Assembly (NCBI GenBank): GCA_009922495.1
Contig: RFVQ01000001.1
Span: forward strand, 1 to 45,391
Direction of reading: 5' to 3'
DNA from: Chitinophagia bacterium
GTDB lineage: Bacteria > Bacteroidota > Bacteroidia > Chitinophagales > Chitinophagaceae
DNA length: 45,391 bases
Under the pieces are notes generated by a model that made no database searches, was not told the DNA's origin, and saw nothing but the letters and a program-made list of their open reading frames with translations. Below are positions 29,852 through 37,005 of this stretch, one piece after another. Each line of letters starts with the position of its first letter. The first letter of the stretch is position 1. Both the position numbers and the translations under genes were made by a program.

Positions 29852-30832
29852 ATGGAAGATTTAACCCTTGCCTCTTCGGAGGAAAAGAAGCAAAGGGCTT
29901 TGGATCTTTTTAGGTTTCAGGCGGAACACAATGTGCTCTATCGTGATTATCTCCAGCAATTATCGGTTTCTGCAGATAAAGTGGAACGGATCAGCAGCAT
30001 TCCTTTCCTGCCGATCTCATTTTTCAAAACCCATCCATTGGCAACAGGCAGTTTTGAGCCTGAAATATGTTTTGAAAGCAGCGGCACAACCGGGTCTGTT
30101 AACAGTCGCCATGGCATAAAAGATCTTCGACATTACCTGAACAACGCAGTTGCGAATTTTTATCAGTTCTATGGGGATCCCGCTGATTATTGTTTTTTGG
30201 CATTGCTTCCTTCTTATCTTGAAAGGGGGAATTCATCTCTGGTAGCCATGGCTGATCATTTCATCCAGTTGGGGGATCATGAAGAGGCGGGTTTTTTTCT
30301 ACATGATTTGAGTGCCTTGCGAGACCGTTTGTATCATCTCGAAAAAAGAGGACAGAAAACAATTTTGTTGGGGGTAACCTATGCACTGCTTGATTTTGCT
30401 GAACAATTTCCCATGCAATTGAAAAATACGATTGTCATGGAAACAGGCGGAATGAAAGGAAGAAAAAAGGAGATCACCCGGGAATCATTGCATGCTGTGT
30501 TGACGGGCGGGTTGGGAGTGGAAACCATTCACGCCGAATATGGCATGACGGAACTCCAGTCTCAGGCATATTCATATGAGAAGGGTTGTTTCAAACCTTC
30601 GGATACCATGATCGTTTTGTTGAGGTCAACAGACGATCCATTTGAAGTATGGGAGTCAAATGAATGCCCCATGAGAACGGGGGTAATCAATATCATCGAT
30701 TTGGCAAACAAAGATACCATGGCATTTATAGCCACAGATGATCTTGGGCGATTTCATGAAGATGGTCATTTCGAGATCCTGGGACGGGTGGATCATGCCG
30801 ATATCAGGGGGTGCAGCCTGCTCGTGGTTTAA
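29852..30832 (+). CDS. LuxE/PaaK-like acyl-protein synthetase (acyl transferase)
   Basis: FLPISFFK, SSGTTG P-loop, ETGGMKG, EYGMTEL, TDDLG, C-terminal RGCS acylation Cys. Alternative TTG start at 29822. Confidence 0.85.
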   Translation: MEDLTLASSEEKKQRALDLFRFQAEHNVLYRDYLQQLSVSADKVERISSIPFLPISFFKTHPLATGSFEPEICFESSGTTGSVNSRHGIKDLRHYLNNAVANFYQFYGDPADYCFLALLPSYLERGNSSLVAMADHFIQLGDHEEAGFFLHDLSALRDRLYHLEKRGQKTILLGVTYALLDFAEQFPMQLKNTIVMETGGMKGRKKEITRESLHAVLTGGLGVETIHAEYGMTELQSQAYSYEKGCFKPSDTMIVLLRSTDDPFEVWESNECPMRTGVINIIDLANKDTMAFIATDDLGRFHEDGHFEILGRVDHADIRGCSLLVV

Positions 30833-30885
30833 CAAAATGAACGGATGCAAACATTAGGTCATATTTTTACATCAATACAATTCAC

Positions 30886-31053
30886 ATGGGAGTACTGAAA
30901 CAAATCGCCACTTATCTTTATTTGAAGAAAAAAGACCCTGATGCTCCAGATACCCAATGGATAAAGTACATGCATGGAATCAACAGGATTTCTTTGCTCC
31001 TTTTCTTGTTTGCTTTGATCGTGATTGTTGTCAAGCTTTTTATCAAAAAATAA
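30886..31053 (+). CDS. Small single-TM protein, DUF6728-like; not in the ORF track
   Basis: Manual translation: MGVLKQIATYLYLKKKDPDAPDTQWIKYMHGINRISLLLFLFALIVIVVKLFIKK* (55 aa). MHGINRIS motif plus TM helix; fills the intergenic gap. Confidence 0.8.
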   Translation: MGVLKQIATYLYLKKKDPDAPDTQWIKYMHGINRISLLLFLFALIVIVVKLFIKK

Positions 31054-31062
31054 AAGCCATGA

Positions 31063-32184
31063 TCAATGCAGCATTTTTTCAATGACAGCTGCTGCCTGTC
31101 CGGATGCTTTTCCCCCTGCCTCCAATTTGTTCCATAATTCCAGGTAATCTTTTTGGATCCTTGAACGGATGCTGGGGTCGAGTATTTTCTTCAGTTCTAT
31201 GCTTAGGTTGTCAGGAGTCAATTCATGCTGAATAAGTTCTTTGACCACCATTTTACCCATGATCAGGTTGACCAATGAGATGAATGGAACCTTTACCAGC
31301 TTTTTGGCAATTGTATAGGTTAGGGGAGATCCAAAATAACAAACCACTTCAGGAACACCGAAGAGGGCTGTTTCCAGTGTTGCAGTTCCTGATGTCACCA
31401 AGGCTGCATCCGCAACGCTCAAAATTTGATAGGTATTTCCTTTTAACAGCCTGACATTGGGATATTGGTTGGTAAAGTCGTGCATGAATGCATCGGTTAT
31501 ACCGGGAGCCTGGGCAACAACAAATTCCTCATCAGGGAATTGAACAGTTGTTTCCAGCATGATGGGCAGTTTTTTGATGATCTCCTGTTTTCTTGAACCT
31601 GGCAACAGTGCAATGATTTTCTTTTCATCACTCAATCCAAGGTTTTTTTTCACAGATGCCAGGTCCTGGTTTTGTTGATGGTCTTGAATGATCTCAATCA
31701 ATGGGTGTCCCACATAGGTCACATCGTATCCTTTTTTGGCATAGAAATCCTTTTCAAAGGGAAGGATAACCATCATCCTGTCTACCACTTTTTTGATAAG
31801 GTTGACCCTCCCTTCCTTCCATGCCCAAACCTGGGGGGAGATATAGTAGGCCGTTCTCAATCCCCTTGATTTGGCAAATTTTGCAATGGGCAGGTTAAAG
31901 CCTGGATAGTCGATCAAGATCAGTATATCAGGATTGAATTCAGTCAGGTCTTTTTTGCACCATTTCATGTTTTGAAGGATGGTGCGTAGATTGGCCACTA
32001 CTTCGATAAAGCCCATGAAGGCAAGGTCACGGTAGTGTTTAACGATGCTTGCACCTTCCTTTGCCATCAGATCACCTCCCCAGGCCCTGATCATAGCATT
32101 GGGATCATTTTTTCGGATCGCTCTGATCAACCTGCTTCCATGTAGATCTCCCGAAGCTTCTCCGGCAATGATATAGTATTTCAT
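31063..32184 (-). CDS. lpxB: Lipid-A-disaccharide synthase
   Basis: AGEASGDLHG, IDYPGFN, SPQVWAWK, VGHPL, LLPGSR, SGTATLE. Confidence 0.97.
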   Translation of the reverse strand: MKYYIIAGEASGDLHGSRLIRAIRKNDPNAMIRAWGGDLMAKEGASIVKHYRDLAFMGFIEVVANLRTILQNMKWCKKDLTEFNPDILILIDYPGFNLPIAKFAKSRGLRTAYYISPQVWAWKEGRVNLIKKVVDRMMVILPFEKDFYAKKGYDVTYVGHPLIEIIQDHQQNQDLASVKKNLGLSDEKKIIALLPGSRKQEIIKKLPIMLETTVQFPDEEFVVAQAPGITDAFMHDFTNQYPNVRLLKGNTYQILSVADAALVTSGTATLETALFGVPEVVCYFGSPLTYTIAKKLVKVPFISLVNLIMGKMVVKELIQHELTPDNLSIELKKILDPSIRSRIQKDYLELWNKLEAGGKASGQAAAVIEKMLH

Positions 32185-32196
32185 CAAATCCTGGTA

Positions 32197-32496
32197 TTAA
32201 CCGAATAGTTTGAAAAAAAGTGCTGAAACTGCATATAGAATCGATGCCGTGAAAATGCCTTTTGCTGTTTTATCCCTTTGTCCGTTGATGTAGACGGTGA
32301 ACAATACAATGTTGAGCAGCAGACAGGGAATGCTCAAGGCAGATACCAATTGCTTGTTTCCTTGAAGGGTGTTGATGAAATCTGTGAAACCAAAAAGGCT
32401 GAATTTCCAGTAATAGTATCCAAAGAAACTCAATACGGGAACGAACAGACCTATGAGGATGCCAAAAACAAAGTTGTCTTTTTTCAAGAAAGCCAT
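32197..32496 (-). CDS. Small three-TM membrane protein (hypothetical)
   Basis: 99 aa with three hydrophobic segments; overlaps the surE end and lies in the surE-lpxB operon. Confidence 0.75.
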   Translation of the reverse strand: MAFLKKDNFVFGILIGLFVPVLSFFGYYYWKFSLFGFTDFINTLQGNKQLVSALSIPCLLLNIVLFTVYINGQRDKTAKGIFTASILYAVSALFFKLFG

Positions 32497-33263
32497 GTAT
32501 AGTCTTTTTCAATCTTCTTTTTAAGTGCATAATTGGTGAGGTCATACTGAACCGGAACAACACTTACATAATTATGCTCCAAAGCCCACACATCTGTATC
32601 CCTGGCCTTGTCAAAGTTTTGAAAGGTACCTGTCAGCCAAAAGTATTTCTTGCCGGAGGGATCTTTTCGCTCTTTGAAATCTTCATCATATTTGGCATAG
32701 GCTTGTTTGCAAACTTTAATTCCTCTTATGAGGCTGGCATCGCCTTTGGGGATGTTCACATTCAGGCAGAGGTGTTTGTCGGCTTTTTTGGAAAGCATTT
32801 TTTCGACGATGATTTTGGTGTATTGTTTGGCACCGTCGAAATTTGCTTCCAGGCTAAAGTCAAGCAAAGAGATACCGGCAGCCGGAATATTCTCTATGGA
32901 TGCTTCAATGGCAGCACTCATGGTTCCTGAGTAGATAACATTGATGGAATGATTGGCTCCGTGGTTGATGCCACTCAGACAGATGTCGGGCTTCCCTTTC
33001 AGAATTTTGTCAACCGCCAGTTTTACACAATCTGCTGGCGTGCCGCTGCATGTCCAGGCTTCTATCCCCTCCATGAAACTCACTTTGTGCAGTCGAAGCG
33101 GGAATCCGATGGTAATGGCATGACCCATGCCGGACTGTGGTTTGTCCGGCGCCACCACCACAATCCGTCCCAGATCTTTTACAGCATCCACCAGATGATG
33201 GATGCCTGGCGCTGAAATTCCATCATCGTTGGTGACCAAAATTACCGGTTGCTTCTTTTTCAT
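32484..33263 (-). CDS. surE: 5'/3'-nucleotidase SurE
   Basis: ILVTNDDG, QSGMG, GTPADCV, SGINHG, YSGTMSAA, NVNIP. Start moved to ATG 33263. Confidence 0.97.
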   Translation of the reverse strand: MKKKQPVILVTNDDGISAPGIHHLVDAVKDLGRIVVVAPDKPQSGMGHAITIGFPLRLHKVSFMEGIEAWTCSGTPADCVKLAVDKILKGKPDICLSGINHGANHSINVIYSGTMSAAIEASIENIPAAGISLLDFSLEANFDGAKQYTKIIVEKMLSKKADKHLCLNVNIPKGDASLIRGIKVCKQAYAKYDEDFKERKDPSGKKYFWLTGTFQNFDKARDTDVWALEHNYVSVVPVQYDLTNYALKKKIEKDYTWLS

Positions 33264-33361
33264 ATTGGGTTGATCAAGAAGTGAAATTACCACATATTTC
33301 TGGAGGACTTTCTCCCGGTTTTTTAAGGCTTTCAAAAAAATTTAGCAAAAAACAATTAAAA

Positions 33362-33376
33362 ACTAAATTATTTAGT
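33362..33376. promoter_or_regulatory. Palindromic operator (CTAA-N5-TTAG, Bacteroidota SOS-box-like)
   Basis: Perfect palindrome ACTAAAT-T-ATTTAGT abutting TATATTGC (33376-33383), 22 nt upstream of the repressor ATG. Confidence 0.7.
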
Positions 33377-33398
33377 ATATTGCCCCAAATTCATTAGT

Positions 33399-34157
33399 AT
33401 GTCACAGTCATTTGCAGGTCAAAACCTGAAATATCTTAGGAAGTTAAAGGGCATGACCCAGGAAGAATTTGCTCAAAAGCTGCAGATCAAAAGATCCCTC
33501 CTGGGTGCTTATGAAGAGGAGAGAGCCGAACCAAGGATAGATGTTCTGGAAATGGTCAGCGATCATTTTCGCATCAGTCTGGATGATCTGTTGCGCAGGG
33601 ATCTCAGCGAGCCCAAGGGAAATTACCTTGCCAAGCGCAGGCAGCAGAAGCTGGGTAGCAGCGAAAGCCAGGTCATCCATTTTGTTCCCATGAAAGCTGC
33701 AGCAGGATATTTGGCCGGATATGCTGATGAGGAGTTCATTGATGAGCTGAATACCTTCACCCTGCCCATGTTGGGCAATGGATTTTTCAGGGCTTTTGAA
33801 ATCATAGGCGACAGTATGCTGCCTACGCCCAGTGGTTCCATCATAGTGGGACAAAAACTGGATTCGCTGGATGATGTCAAGCAGCATGCCGCCTGTATTG
33901 TTGTCAGCAGAAGTGAGGGCATTGTTTACAAGAGAGTGTCCAGAAATCCCAAAGCAAAGAACAAAGTCATTCTTACAAGTGACAACAAAGCCTTTCAGCC
34001 ATACGAAGTAAATGCAGAAGATATTTTAGAAATCTGGCAGGGACAGATGGTGATCACCAAAGTTGCACAGCAACAACGATGGGATGTTGGTCAGTTGGCC
34101 AATCTTGTTTCCAATTTGCAGGAACAGATCAGTTCCATGAAGAAAAGCATGAACTGA
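33399..34157 (+). CDS. XRE-HTH plus peptidase S24 repressor (non-canonical LexA-like)
   Basis: N-terminal HTH_3 (LKYLRK..GMTQEEFA...LGAYEE.RAEP); A-G cleavage site in KAAAGY; catalytic Ser in GDSMLP and Lys in VYKR. Confidence 0.88.
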   Translation: MSQSFAGQNLKYLRKLKGMTQEEFAQKLQIKRSLLGAYEEERAEPRIDVLEMVSDHFRISLDDLLRRDLSEPKGNYLAKRRQQKLGSSESQVIHFVPMKAAAGYLAGYADEEFIDELNTFTLPMLGNGFFRAFEIIGDSMLPTPSGSIIVGQKLDSLDDVKQHAACIVVSRSEGIVYKRVSRNPKAKNKVILTSDNKAFQPYEVNAEDILEIWQGQMVITKVAQQQRWDVGQLANLVSNLQEQISSMKKSMN

Positions 34158-34213
34158 TCCAATTTATGCACATCCCGTTGATAACCTAAGCATTAGGAGG
34201 GTGGGCATTGATT

Positions 34214-34221
34214 TATCTTTG
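34214..34221 (+). promoter_or_regulatory. -7 promoter element TATCTTTG of parE
   Basis: Exact TAnnTTTG in the intergenic region upstream of parE. Confidence 0.65.
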
Positions 34222-34268
34222 AATACTTCCGGGTATTCCCGAGAGATCATTACTTAAACGTGAGTGGA

Positions 34269-36161
34269 ATGGCAAAGCAGCAGGAAAACATTTTTGAATA
34301 CAACGAGGATTCCATTCGGAGTCTGGATTGGAAAGAGCATATCCGGCTAAGACCGGGCATGTATATTGGTAAGCTGGGGGATGGCAGTAGCCAGGATGAC
34401 GGCATTTATGTGTTGTTGAAGGAGGTAATGGACAACTGTATCGATGAACACATGATGGGTTACGGCAAGCAGATCGATCTGCATCTCAGTGGCAAAGAGG
34501 TCACCATTCGAGATTATGGAAGGGGAATTCCGCTGGGCAAGCTGGTAGATGTGGTCAGCAAAATCAATACAGGTGCCAAATATGACAGCAAGGTATTTCA
34601 GAAAAGTGTGGGATTGAATGGAGTAGGTACCAAAGCGGTCAATGCCTTGAGCGATTATTTCAAAGTCACTGCTTACCGGGATGGTAAAGAGAAAACAGCA
34701 GAATTCAAGTGTGGGGAGTTGGTCAAGGAGTATAAAGAAACAGCTACCCAAGAGTCAAATGGCACGCAGGTGGTTTTTGTGCCCGATGAGAATATCTTCC
34801 GGAATTTTCATTTTATTTCTGATTACATCGATAAGCAACTCTGGAATTACTGTTACCTGAATGCAGGGCTTGTCATCAACTACAATGGGAGAAAGTTTGT
34901 CAGCAAAAATGGTTTGCTGGACTTGCTTCACAGGAATGCCAATGAAGATGAATTGCGTTATCCCGTAATACATCTTAAGGGGGAAGACATAGAAGTTGCC
35001 ATCTCCCATAACAATGAGTATGGAGAGGATATCTACAGCTTTGTCAATGGTCAGTACACCACCCAAGGCGGTACGCATGTTGTAGCATTCAGGGAAGCAT
35101 TCGTCAAGACCATCCGTGATTTCTATAAGAAAGATTATGATACATCCGACATCAGGCAAAGCATTGTAGCTGCGGTAGCAGTCAGGGTGCAGGAGCCTGT
35201 TTTCGAGTCCCAGACCAAGACCAAGCTGGGTTCACAGTATTTGTTTGAGGGCGGTCCTTCGATGAAAAATTTCATGTTGGAATTTTTCTCCCGGGAATTG
35301 GACAATTTCCTGCACAAAAATCCATCTGTTGCCGAGGCATTGAAGAAGCGGATTGAACAAAGTGAAAGAGAGCGAAAGGAACTGGCCGGCATCAAGAAAC
35401 TCGCCAATGAAAGAGCCAAAAAGGCAAATCTTCACAACCGAAAATTGCGCGATTGCAGGATACACCTGAACAGCGAACCTCCTGCAAAGGGAAAAGAAGA
35501 GTACATAGCCAAACAGCTGCAAAGTACAATCTTCATTACCGAGGGTGATTCCGCGAGTGGCTCCATTACCAAGTCCCGTGATGTAGAGACCCAGGCTGTT
35601 TTCAGTTTGAGGGGAAAGCCCTTGAATTCATACGGACTTACCAAGAAAGTGGTCTATGAGAATGAAGAGTTCAACCTGCTTCAGCATGCCTTGAACATTG
35701 AAGAGGGGATGGATGATCTGCGCTACAATAACATCATCATTGCAACGGATGCAGACGTAGATGGCATGCACATACGGCTGTTGTTGATGACATTTTTTCT
35801 GCAGTTTTTCCCTGATCTTGTGAGGGATGGGCATGTGTACATATTAGAGACACCTCTTTTCAGGGTAAGAAACAAGCAGGAAACCATTTACTGCTATTCA
35901 GATCAGGAAAGACAAGCAGCGATCAAAAAAATAGGTGCCAAAGCTGAAATTACCCGTTTCAAAGGTTTGGGTGAAATATCACCCGATGAATTCAAGCGAT
36001 TTATTGGCCCTGACATGAAAAAAACACCTGTCATTTTGGAAAATCAAATCCATATTCAGCAGTTGCTTGAATATTATATGGGCAAGAACACGCAGGAACG
36101 CCAGGATTTTATTGTTTCGAATTTGAGGGTAGAACTCGATACTGTTGAAGAATCAAATTAA
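34269..36161 (+). CDS. parE: DNA topoisomerase IV subunit B
   Basis: [53 protein letters not shown]. About 630 aa, paired with parC. Alternative GTG start at 34260. Confidence 0.92.
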   Translation: MAKQQENIFEYNEDSIRSLDWKEHIRLRPGMYIGKLGDGSSQDDGIYVLLKEVMDNCIDEHMMGYGKQIDLHLSGKEVTIRDYGRGIPLGKLVDVVSKINTGAKYDSKVFQKSVGLNGVGTKAVNALSDYFKVTAYRDGKEKTAEFKCGELVKEYKETATQESNGTQVVFVPDENIFRNFHFISDYIDKQLWNYCYLNAGLVINYNGRKFVSKNGLLDLLHRNANEDELRYPVIHLKGEDIEVAISHNNEYGEDIYSFVNGQYTTQGGTHVVAFREAFVKTIRDFYKKDYDTSDIRQSIVAAVAVRVQEPVFESQTKTKLGSQYLFEGGPSMKNFMLEFFSRELDNFLHKNPSVAEALKKRIEQSERERKELAGIKKLANERAKKANLHNRKLRDCRIHLNSEPPAKGKEEYIAKQLQSTIFITEGDSASGSITKSRDVETQAVFSLRGKPLNSYGLTKKVVYENEEFNLLQHALNIEEGMDDLRYNNIIIATDADVDGMHIRLLLMTFFLQFFPDLVRDGHVYILETPLFRVRNKQETIYCYSDQERQAAIKKIGAKAEITRFKGLGEISPDEFKRFIGPDMKKTPVILENQIHIQQLLEYYMGKNTQERQDFIVSNLRVELDTVEESN

Positions 36162-36165
36162 ATCT

Positions 36166-36993
36166 ATGATACATATTGTATTCAATGAACCGGATGCCGC
36201 TGTATTGGGTAAGGCAATGGAAATGGATGAATCCCTGCTGGGTCCCATTCAAATTGTTCGAGACGATTATGCAGTTGGCCCCCTTACGGCTATTTTTACA
36301 CCAGAAGGTATCGAAGCCAGAAAAAACTGGTGGAAAATGGTTTTGGAGGGAGGTGAATTAGATGGAATGGTTGAGGACGGTCTGGTCAATGATGAGCAAT
36401 TGGTGCTCGAGTTAAAAGAGTTGCTCACCAATGAAAATGCTGAAGAGGTTTGGATCTGGGCTGCTCAAAATAAGCACGATGTTTGTGGGTATTTTTGGCT
36501 GGTGAGCCAGCTCTCAGCATTTCAGGGCAGGATACAAATTCTGTATTTGAACAACCTTCCTTTCATCAATGAAAAGGGGAATATATTTTATCCTGACTGG
36601 TTGTCACAGATTCCGGCAAAAGAGTTTATCAAAGCAAAAAAGTTGGCAAGACCTGTTACCACCAGTGAATTTGAAGTAGACGCAGATGAATGGAACAAGA
36701 TATGTGCAGAAGGCAGCATGGTTCGTTTATTGGATGGGGGTAAAAAGATCTTGCACAAAGAGGTGGATTATTATGATGCTGAATTGTCCAAGTATATTGG
36801 TCCAGAATCCCAAAAGGGTTCAAAGATTATTCATGCCATGTTGAATAAATCCAAAGAAACCGCTGGTGATGCTTTTCTTCTATGGAGATTGAAAGAGTTG
36901 GCAACAACGGATAAATATGAAGTGATAGGAGAATTGAAAGGGATGAAGGATTTTGAGGTCAAAAAAAGAACAGCTGTTGAAGCGGCAGAATAA
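36166..36993 (+). CDS. DUF1835(-DUF3658)-like protein of unknown function
   Basis: 'MIHIVF...DDYAVGPL...R..WW...VWIWA.Q...D' N-terminus and 'YYD...GDAFLLWRLKEL' C-terminus resemble DUF1835/DUF3658. Confidence 0.7.
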   Translation: MIHIVFNEPDAAVLGKAMEMDESLLGPIQIVRDDYAVGPLTAIFTPEGIEARKNWWKMVLEGGELDGMVEDGLVNDEQLVLELKELLTNENAEEVWIWAAQNKHDVCGYFWLVSQLSAFQGRIQILYLNNLPFINEKGNIFYPDWLSQIPAKEFIKAKKLARPVTTSEFEVDADEWNKICAEGSMVRLLDGGKKILHKEVDYYDAELSKYIGPESQKGSKIIHAMLNKSKETAGDAFLLWRLKELATTDKYEVIGELKGMKDFEVKKRTAVEAAE

Positions 36994-37005
36994 AAAAATT
37001 ATCAG

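Noticed and set aside
29852-30832. Bioluminescence (lux) operon
   Set aside because: No luxA, luxB, luxC or luxD in the window; lone LuxE-like genes occur in non-luminous bacteria.
33399-34157. Prophage CI repressor interpretation
   Set aside because: No integrase, cro, structural genes or att repeats nearby; the flanks are core genes.
34185-34197. CCTAA-GCA-TTAGG as a LexA-like box
   Set aside because: Spacer is 3 nt rather than 5, so it is kept only as an unexplained palindrome.
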